Source: Gemmatimonadales bacterium (GTDB taxonomy: Bacteria; Gemmatimonadota; Gemmatimonadetes; Gemmatimonadales; GWC2-71-9). From it: a DNA stretch of 64,000 nt. Shown here piece after piece: positions 31,587 through 41,116 of this stretch. The position numbers and the translations under genes are program-made. The stretch spans positions 15,004 to 79,003 of the forward strand of contig DATJKA010000054.1 of assembly GCA_035491815.1 (NCBI GenBank), in the 5' to 3' direction. Every line of letters starts with the position of its first letter. The first letter of the stretch is position 1. The notes under the pieces are model-generated. The model was not told the origin of the DNA. It did not search any database and saw only the letters and a list, made by a program, of their open reading frames with translations.

Positions 31587-33512
31587 TCACCAGGACAGCT
31601 CGTGATCGCGCATCCACGTCTCGAGCGAAAGCAGCATGAAGACGCGCTGGTACAGGCCGGCGCGGCTGATCGCTCCGCCCCGCGGCGCGTAGGACGCCTC
31701 GCGGAATCGGGCCAGCCAGGTTCGCACCAGCGCCCGGTTGAGGAACCAGCCGGTGCGGGCGTCACTGGCGAGCAGTAGATCCTCCACCGCGGTGTGCACG
31801 GCAGGTGTGGCCATGATGTCGAGCGGGATCGAGAAGCCGTGCTTCTTGTGGCGCGCGACCTCTCCGGGCAGCCATTCGCGCGCCAGCGCGCGCAGCACGA
31901 GCTTGCCCTGACGCCCGTCGGTCTTGAAGCGGTGCGGCAGCGTGAGGCCGAGCTCGACGATGGTGTCGTCGAGGAGAGGCACGCGCACTTCGATGGAGGC
32001 GCGCATGCTCATCATGTCCACCTTCCGGAGCATGTCGGAGGGCAGGCTGACGGAGAACAACTTCTCCGTCATCCGGCGCGAGAGCTCTTCGAGCGAGCCC
32101 GCCGCTTCGGGGCGGTAGCCGTCGAAGTGGCGGTACACGGGTGCGAGTCCCTCCCCGACGGTCGGCAGCAGGAGCTGGTTCTTTTGGTTCTCGGACAGGT
32201 AGTTCGACAGACCGGAGATCAGCACCGACGAGTTCTGCCGCCCCACCTCGGCCAGGACCGCCGCTTTCGCCAGCTGGCGCCCGAAGTCGCGCGTGCAGCC
32301 GGCGAGTGCATTGCCCGCGCTGATCGCGGCCGAGCGTGCCCAGCGGGGCAGGCGCATCAAGCGGTCGAGGCGATTGGCGCGCCAGAAGCGGCCGTATCCG
32401 CCGAAGGCCTCGTCGCCGCCGTCGCCCGACAACGCGCAGATGATCCCCTGGTCGCGAATCGCGCGCGACACCCAGTACATCGGAATGCAGCTCGTGTCCG
32501 CGAACGGCTGGTCGAAGTGGCGGACCAGGTTGATCAGGGTGTCTGGGCTCAGGTTGTAGTCGTCGAGCCGGATCACGTGGTGGTTGGTCCCGACGTGATC
32601 GGCGACGGCCAGCGCATGCGCCGTTTCATCGTGCCGCGGATCGGGGAACTCGACGTTGAACGTCGTCGTGCGCGTGTCGGTCGCATGGCGGTGCGCCGCG
32701 ACGACGAGCGACGAGTCGATGCCGCCCGACAGCAAGGCGGCCACGGGAACGTCGGCGACGGACTGCCGCTGCACGGTGTCGAGCAGTCGCTCACGCAGTG
32801 CGTCGACCGTGAGCTCCATGCGCGTGGGCTTCGGCGCGGCGCTGATGGTGTGATACGCGCTTTCGCGTCGTCCCGCGGGATCGGCGACCAGGAACGACGC
32901 GGCCTGGAGCGCGCGAATCTCGCAGAATCCGGTGGACGGCTCCGGGATGTAGCCGAGGCCAAGGAAGTCCCAGCACGCCTGGCGATCGATGCGGGGCCGA
33001 AAGCGCGGCAGCGCGACGAGCGCTTTGATCTCGCTCGCGAACGCGAGCTGCCCCTCGTGCTCGGCATAGAACAGCGGCTTCACGCCGTAGCGGTCGCGCG
33101 CGAGGAACAGCCGGCGCCGCGGCGCGTCATAGATCGCGAACGCGAAGATCCCGCGCAGCACCTCCACCATGCGCTCGCCGCGCTCTTCGTACAGGTGCAC
33201 GAGGACTTCGGTGTCCGACGTCGACCGGAAGTGGTGCCCGCGCGCCTGCAGTAACAGCCGCAGCTCGCGGTGGTTGTAGAGCTCACCGTTGTAGACGATC
33301 TGGATCGTGCCGGTCTCGTTCGTCATCGGCTGGCGGCCCGACTCCGAGAGGTCGATCAACGCGAGGCGGCGGTGCACGAGCTCGCAGCGCTCGTCCCGGA
33401 AATGGCCGGAGCCATCCGGGCCGCGATGCGCCAGCAGCCGATCGGCGCTTTGCGCCCATCCGTCCGCGGCGGGCAGCCCCTCAGTGTGGAACCGTCCTGC
33501 TATGCCGCACAT
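31587..33512 (-). CDS. Asparagine synthase (glutamine-hydrolysing)-type amidotransferase
   Basis: Start MCGIAG (Cys2 nucleophile) at 33512. HRGPDG, and the PP-loop LLSGGIDSS. Confidence 0.9.
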   Translation of the reverse strand: MCGIAGRFHTEGLPAADGWAQSADRLLAHRGPDGSGHFRDERCELVHRRLALIDLSESGRQPMTNETGTIQIVYNGELYNHRELRLLLQARGHHFRSTSDTEVLVHLYEERGERMVEVLRGIFAFAIYDAPRRRLFLARDRYGVKPLFYAEHEGQLAFASEIKALVALPRFRPRIDRQACWDFLGLGYIPEPSTGFCEIRALQAASFLVADPAGRRESAYHTISAAPKPTRMELTVDALRERLLDTVQRQSVADVPVAALLSGGIDSSLVVAAHRHATDTRTTTFNVEFPDPRHDETAHALAVADHVGTNHHVIRLDDYNLSPDTLINLVRHFDQPFADTSCIPMYWVSRAIRDQGIICALSGDGGDEAFGGYGRFWRANRLDRLMRLPRWARSAAISAGNALAGCTRDFGRQLAKAAVLAEVGRQNSSVLISGLSNYLSENQKNQLLLPTVGEGLAPVYRHFDGYRPEAAGSLEELSRRMTEKLFSVSLPSDMLRKVDMMSMRASIEVRVPLLDDTIVELGLTLPHRFKTDGRQGKLVLRALAREWLPGEVARHKKHGFSIPLDIMATPAVHTAVEDLLLASDARTGWFLNRALVRTWLARFREASYAPRGGAISRAGLYQRVFMLLSLETWMRDHELSW

Positions 33513-34741
33513 GGCGTCGATCTCCGGGGGATGGCTGCGCCGGCGGCGACGGCGACGGCAAAGGCGAACCACAGCATCTTGGAGGCGATCCAGGTGCCGC
33601 TGATGCAGCCGATCAGGACGGTCACGAGCAGCGCGAACGGAAACACGCCGAGCGGTCCGTTGCGGGCCCGCCAGGATTCGCGCAGGCAGAGCATGAGCCC
33701 GACGAGAAACGGAATCGTGCCGAGGATGCCGACGGTAGAGAAGAGCTCGAACATGATGTTGTGCGCGTCACGGCGGTCCTTGTTTTCTTCGCCGATGCGT
33801 TGGGCGATTTCGTATTGGTTCTCGATCGGCCCCCACCCGAGCAGGGGGCGCTCCCGGATCATCGACAGCACGGCGGGATAGATGCGCTCGCGGCCCGCGA
33901 GTGAGCCTTGCGTGAACGCTTGCTCGAACCGCACGCGGAGCATCGGGGAGCGGTATGCCGCGACGCCGAGTGCCGCGAGAGCTACGAAGCCGACGAACAC
34001 GCCCCGCAGCCGCGCGAACATCGTTCGACCATGCCACAGCAAGGCCAGCGTCCCAACCGCGGCGCAGAACAACCCGCCACGCGATCCCGTCTGAATGAGC
34101 GCCAACCCGATCACGCCTGCGACCAGCCAGGCGACGATCTTCAGACGCAAGTTCAATACCGTGACAAAGCCGGCCGACAGGATGATCGCGCTGTAGTTGG
34201 GATTCTGGCCGAGCACCGTCACGCGCACGCCGCCGGTCCATTCGGCGTGCGTGGATGCGGCGATACCGAGCACCTGCATGCCCGCGCGCACGGCGCAGGC
34301 GAATGCGAAGGTGAGCAAGGCGCCGCGCATCGCGCGCGGGTCGCGCATCACGTTGCTACCCGCCCACAGGATCAACAGCAGCTGCGCGAATTCACCGAAC
34401 AGCTCGGCGACCTGCGCGACGTGATCGGCGCGATTCCACATCGTGCTGAGGCCGAAGCACCAGAGGTACGCCACGAACCACAGCATGGCGGTGGGAATGC
34501 GGCGGTAGATCACGCTCAAGTTGAGCACCGTCGACAGCAGGAAGATGCAGGCCGTCAGCGTCGGGATCTCGATCGGGAATGTGCGATCGGGCATCTCGAA
34601 CGGGATCGTCAGGACAAAGAGGTAGAGCGCGACGCGGACGAGCGCGCTTACGCGCGTCGGCGCGGTCGCGGAGCTGATCGCGATCGGCGCGGGTGGCGCG
34701 GGGAAGAGCGGCTCGAACGCTCGCGGATGCGCGACGGTCAT
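33500..34741 (-). CDS. O-antigen ligase/polymerase family membrane protein (Wzy-like)
   Basis: Start ATG 34741 (ATGA overlap). About 10 hydrophobic segments. Wzy_C-like motif RRDAHNIMFELFSTVGILG. Confidence 0.75.
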   Translation of the reverse strand: MTVAHPRAFEPLFPAPPAPIAISSATAPTRVSALVRVALYLFVLTIPFEMPDRTFPIEIPTLTACIFLLSTVLNLSVIYRRIPTAMLWFVAYLWCFGLSTMWNRADHVAQVAELFGEFAQLLLILWAGSNVMRDPRAMRGALLTFAFACAVRAGMQVLGIAASTHAEWTGGVRVTVLGQNPNYSAIILSAGFVTVLNLRLKIVAWLVAGVIGLALIQTGSRGGLFCAAVGTLALLWHGRTMFARLRGVFVGFVALAALGVAAYRSPMLRVRFEQAFTQGSLAGRERIYPAVLSMIRERPLLGWGPIENQYEIAQRIGEENKDRRDAHNIMFELFSTVGILGTIPFLVGLMLCLRESWRARNGPLGVFPFALLVTVLIGCISGTWIASKMLWFAFAVAVAAGAAIPRRSTPCAA

Positions 34742-36351
34742 GCGCGTTTCGGGCGAAGACCCGTCACCATGCCGCGCACGCGCTTGACGAGCATGCGGCG
34801 CGTATCGGGCGTCGCGCCGACGAAGAGCGCGAACGCGGCGACCAGCGGCACCGTCGCCGCGACGGCCGCGGCCCAGAGATACCAGCGCGACACGCGCACG
34901 TGGCTGCCGGCCAGCATCGCCGCGACGAACAGCAGCGCCGTGACGAGCGTCATGCGCCACGCCGCCCAGCGCGCCGCGGCGTCCTTCGGCGGATTCTGGA
35001 GACAGTTGCGGACGATCAGCGGATATCCGATCGATTGAATCGAGCGGCCCAGGAACATGCCGAGGCACAGCCCGAGGATGCCGAGCAGATGCGTGAGCAC
35101 GATGCCGAGCGCGAGCGTCGCCACGACGGTGACGGCGCCGATGATCACGCGGCCGCGCGGCCGCAGCGCGGCGTCGATGATGTACGAGTCGGTCCGGATG
35201 AACGCGGTCTGCGAGATCACCAGAACGATCAGCAGGTTCACTAAAGGACCGGCGTAGTTCTTACTGCCGACCCAGAGATGCAGGAACGATGGATTCCACA
35301 CGAGCACGGTCGCACCGACGATCGTCGTGAAGAGCCACGTCAGCGTCCGCAGCTCGCGGCGCAGCTGCACCGCCTTCGCGAACTGCTTCTGCCCGAGCAC
35401 GCCGCCGAACCCCGGCATCGCGGCGCCCGCGGTAAAGACGAACACGCCGAGCCCGATGCGCGCCGAGTAGCTCGTCAGCACGTAGGTCGTGACGGCCACG
35501 GGCGAGACCACCCAGCCGAGCACCAGCACGTCGCTCGCGAGGAGCAGCTTGGAGACGAGGTCGCCGACGGCGAGCCAGACGCTCATGTTGAGCAAGCCTT
35601 TGACGGCTTCCTTGGTCGGCTTGGCGACGTGGAACCACGGCAGGTAGCGCCGCACGAGCAGCCAGTAGACGGCGCCAACGATGAAATCGCGCGCGATCCA
35701 CGAGCTGCCGAGGCCCGGAAGGCCGAAGTCGGCTTTCACCGCCCAGACCGCGATCCCGCCGACGACGACGCTGGTCGCCGATTGGAGGCCCATCCGCTTG
35801 TAGCCGAGATTCATGCCGCGCAGCACCGACTCGGGCACGGCCGCCAAGCCAGCGAAGATGAACGCGACGACGAGCAGCGCGCAGGTGAGCCGGACCGCGC
35901 CGCGCTGCGCCTCGGGGGCGTGCGTCAGCGTCGGAGCGAGCCAGGCGAGCCCGCCGCCAACCAGCGCCACCAGCGGCAACATCAGCACCCAAACGACGAG
36001 CGCCGCGCCAATCGACCGCCGCTTCTCGACCACATCGGCCGTCTGGTTTTGAGAGATCACCAGGCGCAATGCTTCGCTGGCCCGGCCGTCGGTCGCGGCC
36101 ATGTAGCCGATCATGCGTCCCAGCATTTCCCAGATGCCGTACAGCGAGCGGCCGAGCGTGGTGACCAGGATCGGCGTGATCACCAGCTGCACGCCGGCCT
36201 TCACGGAGTAATCGAGTAGCGAAGCGACCGCGGTGAGCGACGCTCGTCTGGTCAGCGCCTGCGATTTGGGTTTCGCAGCAACGGAAGGCGCCGCTTCAGT
36301 GACCGGCGGCACCACGCTCGCGGGTGGGATCGGAAGCGCGTTAGTTCCCAT
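34738..36351 (-). CDS. MOP-superfamily polysaccharide flippase (Wzx-like)
   Basis: 537 aa, polytopic throughout, with at least 12 hydrophobic segments. Sits next to the Wzy-like gene. Confidence 0.7.
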   Translation of the reverse strand: MGTNALPIPPASVVPPVTEAAPSVAAKPKSQALTRRASLTAVASLLDYSVKAGVQLVITPILVTTLGRSLYGIWEMLGRMIGYMAATDGRASEALRLVISQNQTADVVEKRRSIGAALVVWVLMLPLVALVGGGLAWLAPTLTHAPEAQRGAVRLTCALLVVAFIFAGLAAVPESVLRGMNLGYKRMGLQSATSVVVGGIAVWAVKADFGLPGLGSSWIARDFIVGAVYWLLVRRYLPWFHVAKPTKEAVKGLLNMSVWLAVGDLVSKLLLASDVLVLGWVVSPVAVTTYVLTSYSARIGLGVFVFTAGAAMPGFGGVLGQKQFAKAVQLRRELRTLTWLFTTIVGATVLVWNPSFLHLWVGSKNYAGPLVNLLIVLVISQTAFIRTDSYIIDAALRPRGRVIIGAVTVVATLALGIVLTHLLGILGLCLGMFLGRSIQSIGYPLIVRNCLQNPPKDAAARWAAWRMTLVTALLFVAAMLAGSHVRVSRWYLWAAAVAATVPLVAAFALFVGATPDTRRMLVKRVRGMVTGLRPKRA

Positions 36352-37015
36352 TGCGCCGCTGCAGCAGCGTGGTCATCAGCCGGTCGGTGTTCTCGCGCTG
36401 GGCGCTGTCATCGGTCCGCAGCGCGTCCACCACCAGATGGCCGGCGCGGGAGATCTCCGCGATCACGCGGTCGAACGCTTTGCGGAATCCGGCAGCAAAG
36501 CCGTAGATCTCCTCGTCCGAGCTGTTCTTGACCAGATGATCTTTTTCGCGCGTGCGGATGCGCTGCGCGAGCGTCGAATCGGACGCGTCGATGAAGACGA
36601 CGACGTCGAGCAGGGACGCCCAGTCGGAGATCGCACGGCGCCGCCACGCCGGCGCGCGGTCGCCGTTGCGCGCAAAGTAGAAGTCGATCCAGCTCAACGC
36701 GAACACCGGTCCTTCGTCGAGAATGATCACGCGGTGCTTGCGGGCTTCATCGTCCACGATGCGGCGCAGCGCACCGAGCCGGATCATCTGCGCCATCTCT
36801 TCCCACTGCAGGCGGCGCGACGGCCGGACGGCGGCGGTGAGAAACGTGGGAATGAGCGGAATCACCGCCTCAAGGAGCTTCGGGCGGGGCAACCCCCAGA
36901 GGGTGAGACCGGAGCGCACCGTGGGATCGACGGCACTGACTCCCTGGGCGAGAGTTGTCTTGCCGGCGCCCGCCGGACCGACGAGCTCCACGACAACCCC
37001 ACGCTGCCGATTCAT
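36341..37015 (-). CDS. P-loop NTPase / small-molecule-kinase-like protein
   Basis: Walker A GPAGAGKTT and Walker B-like VIILDEGP. No signal peptide. Confidence 0.6.
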   Translation of the reverse strand: MNRQRGVVVELVGPAGAGKTTLAQGVSAVDPTVRSGLTLWGLPRPKLLEAVIPLIPTFLTAAVRPSRRLQWEEMAQMIRLGALRRIVDDEARKHRVIILDEGPVFALSWIDFYFARNGDRAPAWRRRAISDWASLLDVVVFIDASDSTLAQRIRTREKDHLVKNSSDEEIYGFAAGFRKAFDRVIAEISRAGHLVVDALRTDDSAQRENTDRLMTTLLQRRNGN

Positions 37016-38460
37016 AGATTCTTCCAGAACGTCGTTTTGAGTGTACTGATGACCTGTGGCAACGGTTGTGCCGCGTCGACGACGATCGCGCCGCTGGTTG
37101 CCCAGTCGGCGGCCGCCGTGAGCCGCGCGCGCTCGCGCACGTACTCCGCCGGCTCCGACGGCTTGCGGTTCACCGCGGTCTCGGCGTCGAGCTTCAGGAC
37201 GAACGTGAGATCGGGGCGGGGCATCCGCTCATAGAGCGAGCGCTCGTAGCGGCGCAGCCGATCGGCCATGCGGGACTGTGCCTTCGTCGCATGGCCTTGC
37301 ACCTCGCTCGGCCCCGAGAGTGTCCAGCCTTCGCGCGAGGGATAACGCTCGCAAATGGCGACGCCGCCGCCCGCGGCGCAGCGGAACGCGCGCCGCACGA
37401 GGCGCGCGCGATCGCGGCCCGTGCACACGCTACGAAGCAGCTCGAGATGCGCGACGAACCGCCGCGACAGTCGCGCGCGCTCTGCAACCTTGAGCAGTCC
37501 TCCCACGACCAACGTGGTGAGCGAGCGCGTGGGGCGGCCGAGGTGCAGATGGATCGTCGCGATCACGGGCGCGAGCCAGGTGGTCAGCGCGTCGGCACAG
37601 GTGGACTTCCCCGATCCGTCGCCACCCGCCAGCGCGACCACCACGCCGCCGCCCGCGAGCGGTTGGCCCTGCGGGCGCACGCGACGCCAGAGCCGCTCGG
37701 CGAATGCAAAGATCGGCGGGCGACTGGCATGCACCGATAGCGCGCGCGTCAAGCGCCAGCGCGTCAGGACGCGCCGCCAGGCGGGACATCCCGGCAGCAA
37801 GGAGGCACGCGCCTGATCGACCAGCTTCGGCGACACTTCCGGCAGCAGCCGCGACAGGACGTCGACAACCGCCGCCGGTGTGGCTTGCTCCTCGAGGCGG
37901 TCGAGCTCCGAGAGCGCGCCATCGAGCCAGCGGGGCGGCTCGCGCCGGAGCAGATCCCGCAGCTCGTGCCGCAGCGCCAGCCGCAGCACCAGGACGACGA
38001 GCTCCAGCTCCGGAGCGGCGGTCTTGAATACGCCGTCGCTCTCGAGCTTCGCCGATGCCAACAGCTCACGCTCGAGCGGAATGCGATAATGCGTCCGCCA
38101 CGGCGACCCGATGGCGAGCCGCTCGTAGACGTGGAGATGGATCAGCTCACCGCGACGACCGTCGAGCCCGAAGAAATGCATGACGCCGCTCGCTTCACGG
38201 CCGGCCGGCGGCAGCGCCAGCTTGAACCCCAGCTCACCGAGGATCTCGGTGAACTCGGTCCAGGAGGCGCGGTCCACCAGCAAATCGATGTCGCCGCGAC
38301 CGCTCTCCCAGCGCTCGCGCTTGCCGTGGCCTTTCCACTGGCAGTAGGTCACGCCGCGCTGCGCCAGCGCGTCGCCCAGCTTCGTCACGAGGCCGAGCGG
38401 CGGTGGCGCACCGTACCCGGAGCGCGGCGGTGCGGCAGTCGGCAGCAGGCTCAATGACAC
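37012..38460 (-). CDS. Two-domain protein: nucleotidyltransferase-fold-like N-domain plus P-loop kinase-like C-domain
   Basis: N-part [10 protein letters not shown]... Walker [13 protein letters not shown] in the C-part, which resembles dNMP/thymidylate kinases. GTG start. Confidence 0.6.
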   Translation of the reverse strand: MSLSLLPTAAPPRSGYGAPPPLGLVTKLGDALAQRGVTYCQWKGHGKRERWESGRGDIDLLVDRASWTEFTEILGELGFKLALPPAGREASGVMHFFGLDGRRGELIHLHVYERLAIGSPWRTHYRIPLERELLASAKLESDGVFKTAAPELELVVLVLRLALRHELRDLLRREPPRWLDGALSELDRLEEQATPAAVVDVLSRLLPEVSPKLVDQARASLLPGCPAWRRVLTRWRLTRALSVHASRPPIFAFAERLWRRVRPQGQPLAGGGVVVALAGGDGSGKSTCADALTTWLAPVIATIHLHLGRPTRSLTTLVVGGLLKVAERARLSRRFVAHLELLRSVCTGRDRARLVRRAFRCAAGGGVAICERYPSREGWTLSGPSEVQGHATKAQSRMADRLRRYERSLYERMPRPDLTFVLKLDAETAVNRKPSEPAEYVRERARLTAAADWATSGAIVVDAAQPLPQVISTLKTTFWKNL

Positions 38461-39611
38461 GAGCCTGATCCCGAGTCGGTGAACGTGACGCCCGCCGCGG
38501 GAACGAACTGCCAGTCGTAGCCGCTCTGCCTGAGCGTGAGCTTGAGCACTCCGAACGCCGCCGCGGGAGAGCGCACCTCGCTGTGCGGGTGAACGACGGT
38601 GAAATCATCCACGCTCTCGCCGCCCGTCCCCACGCTGAACTCGCGGATGCCGCGCGCCGTATCGACTTCACCTGCGGGTGTCATCGGTGCGAAGCGCTCA
38701 TAGTTGTGCTGCTGGCCGTTGAGGACGACGTCCACACCGGCGTTGTACAGCGCGTCCCAGATCGGCTTGTGCTCGGGATTCACGTTCCAGCCCGGTGTGT
38801 TCGACGAGAGAAACAGCGGCACGTGCCACATCGCGAGCGTGCACGGCTTCGTGTTCGCCGCGAGATCGCCCGTGAGCCAGGTCATCTGATCGGGGTCGAT
38901 GGTCGCGCCGCCGTGATCGTTCAACACGATGATGTGCCAGTTGCCGAGCTCGTAGCTGTAGTAGCCGAGTCCCTTGGGGCCGGCGTGATCGCCGAAGTAG
39001 TTGAATGCCGCGTCGGCATTGCCGAGGTCGTACTCGTGATTGCCGAACACCGCGTGCGTCCGATCGAGGAATTGGCCCCACGTCGGGTTGTAGCAATTGT
39101 TGTAGTTGTCGGCCGTCCCTTGCGGGAAGACGTTGTCGCCGAGCGTGAACACGGACGCGCTGGGGACCGCCGTGATCAGCGCCGCTGTGGCGAGATCGTA
39201 GTTGGTTCCGCAGCTCGAGATGTTGCCCGCGCCCATGAGCACGGGTGCCAGCGCGACGGTCGCGGCCGCGGTGTCGGGAGCACTCGCCGCGCCTTTGCTA
39301 TCGGTGACCGTCAGCGTGATCGTGTACGGCCCCGGATTCGCGTAGGTATGCGTGCCCTTCGCGTCGCTGCTCGTCCCACCGTCGCCGAACTGCCAGGCGA
39401 AGGTCAACGCGTCGCCGTCCGAATCGGACGAGGCGCTGCCGTCGAAGTTGATGACGCCCGTCTCGCTGGTGTACGGCCCGCCGGCATTCGCGACCGGCAC
39501 ATGATTCGTCGGTGGCGGGGGCGGCGGCGGTGGCGGTGGCGCCGACGAATCGGCCGGTTGACATGCGACGCCCACAGCCAAGAGCAGCGAAAAGTATTTC
39601 AGGCCAGCCAT
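38451..39611 (-). CDS. Lipoprotein: poly-Pro linker, PKD domain, MPE domain with altered metal ligands (paralogue 2)
   Basis: ATG 39611 gives the signal [17 protein letters not shown]; the ORF extends to 39632. 10 Pro. PKD motif FAWQFGDGG...[20 protein letters not shown] motifs [32 protein letters not shown]. Tail [23 protein letters not shown]. Confidence 0.85.
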   Translation of the reverse strand: MAGLKYFSLLLAVGVACQPADSSAPPPPPPPPPPTNHVPVANAGGPYTSETGVINFDGSASSDSDGDALTFAWQFGDGGTSSDAKGTHTYANPGPYTITLTVTDSKGAASAPDTAAATVALAPVLMGAGNISSCGTNYDLATAALITAVPSASVFTLGDNVFPQGTADNYNNCYNPTWGQFLDRTHAVFGNHEYDLGNADAAFNYFGDHAGPKGLGYYSYELGNWHIIVLNDHGGATIDPDQMTWLTGDLAANTKPCTLAMWHVPLFLSSNTPGWNVNPEHKPIWDALYNAGVDVVLNGQQHNYERFAPMTPAGEVDTARGIREFSVGTGGESVDDFTVVHPHSEVRSPAAAFGVLKLTLRQSGYDWQFVPAAGVTFTDSGSGSCH

Positions 39612-40852
39612 TACGAAGGTCTCCCGTGACAAGTCCCAGAACCGGAATCGGTGAACGTGCCCTGGCCGGGGGCGGGCAAGAACTTCCAGTCGTAGCCGCC
39701 GGCCTTGAGCGTGAGCTTGAGGACGCCGAACGTCGGGTTTTCGCCGTTGCCCGCTCGAACTTCGAGGTTGGGCACGGTCGGGCCGAAGCCGTACAGGCCC
39801 TCGCCGCCGCCGGTACCGACGGTGATTTGGCGAATCCCGAAGGCCGCGTCCGCTGTGCCGTCGGGCTTCATCGGCTTGAAGCGCTGATACGTGTGGTCAT
39901 GTCCATTCAGCACGAGATCGGCGCCGTAGTCGTACAGCGCTTGCCAGATCGGCGTCGTCTCCGGCCGAATGAACGGCCGATCGGTGACGGTGCTGAACTG
40001 CGGATGGTGCATCAGCGCGAGCGTGCATTGCTGCGTGTGACTCGCGAGCTCGCTTCGCAACCACTGCTCCTGCGGGGATCCGGCGGCGATGAAGTTCGCG
40101 TTCTCGGTCCCCGTGTTCACCACGATGACGAGCCACGCCCCGAGGACGAAGTCGTAGTAGCCCTTGGTCGGGTCACCGGCGACGGCGCCGAAATACCCGA
40201 AGTAGCCGTCGGCGTTCTTGGTCGCGCCGGGGTTGTAGTAGTCGTGATTGCCGAGGACCGGGCGCATGCGGTCCTTGGCGTGGCCCCACGCGGGATCGAA
40301 GCAGGTCGCAAACTCGGTCGGCGTGCCGCTCAGGTACGCGTTGTCGCCCAGCGGCATGACAATGCCGGCGATCGTGTCGAGCAGGCTGCCGGTGGCGTCG
40401 TCGCTGGTGCGATTGCAGTCGCCGATGTCGCCGGCGGCGATGATCACGGGATCGGTTGCGTTGACGCTGAGCGAGTCCGTGCCCGTCGCGGCGTGACTGT
40501 TCGTGACGCTGACCTGCACCGTGTAGTTGCCGGTCGTGGCATACATGTGCGTCCCGGTGATCGGCGCGATCGTGCTCTTCGAGCCGCTCGCGTCGGTCGT
40601 CCCGTCACCCCAATCGACCCTGTAGCTCCAGGGCGCGCTGGCCGTGGTGGTGTCGGTGAACGTCGCGTTCAGGTCGAACGTCGTGCCGACGGGGAGCTTG
40701 TCGTTCTGGCCCGCGGTCACGACCGGCGCACCCGGAGGCGGGGGCGGCGGCGGTGGCGGTGGCGGCGGGCCAGGTGGCGTGGCGCCGCGGCAAGCCACCG
40801 CGGCGATCAGAAGCAGGGCGCCGTGTAGGCGAAGCAGAGTCTTATGTGTCAT
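39611..40852 (-). CDS. Lipoprotein: poly-Pro linker, PKD-like domain, MPE domain (paralogue 3)
   Basis: ATG 40852 gives the signal [21 protein letters not shown]. 12 Pro. PKD-like YRVDWGDG...[18 protein letters not shown] motifs [31 protein letters not shown]. Tail [24 protein letters not shown]. Confidence 0.85.
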   Translation of the reverse strand: MTHKTLLRLHGALLLIAAVACRGATPPGPPPPPPPPPPPPGAPVVTAGQNDKLPVGTTFDLNATFTDTTTASAPWSYRVDWGDGTTDASGSKSTIAPITGTHMYATTGNYTVQVSVTNSHAATGTDSLSVNATDPVIIAAGDIGDCNRTSDDATGSLLDTIAGIVMPLGDNAYLSGTPTEFATCFDPAWGHAKDRMRPVLGNHDYYNPGATKNADGYFGYFGAVAGDPTKGYYDFVLGAWLVIVVNTGTENANFIAAGSPQEQWLRSELASHTQQCTLALMHHPQFSTVTDRPFIRPETTPIWQALYDYGADLVLNGHDHTYQRFKPMKPDGTADAAFGIRQITVGTGGGEGLYGFGPTVPNLEVRAGNGENPTFGVLKLTLKAGGYDWKFLPAPGQGTFTDSGSGTCHGRPS

Positions 40853-41091
40853 TGTTCCGCGATGGTGGCGGATGGCCAGGGAAAATTGCCGCCACCGCCC
40901 GAGTCCTTCGGTGTCGCTTTCGGCGTCACCTTGGGCTCCGGTGCGGGGGCGGGCCGCTTGGTCTGCGGTTGCAGGACTGGAGAAGGCACCGCGGCCGGAG
41001 GCTCCGGTTGGTGCGATCCGCCGCCGCACGCGAGCAGCAGCGCGGTCTGCAGCGCCACTGCCATCGCGAAACGTCCGGCGAATCTCACCAT
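40849..41091 (-). CDS. Small Pro-rich lipoprotein, function unknown
   Basis: Signal plus lipobox ...AVALQTALLLACGGG, then a Pro/Lys-rich tail. Its stop overlaps the MPE3 start (ATGA). Confidence 0.5.
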   Translation of the reverse strand: MVRFAGRFAMAVALQTALLLACGGGSHQPEPPAAVPSPVLQPQTKRPAPAPEPKVTPKATPKDSGGGGNFPWPSATIAEQ

Positions 41092-41116
41092 CGAAGCCTC
41101 CAGCGCGGGTTATGAG

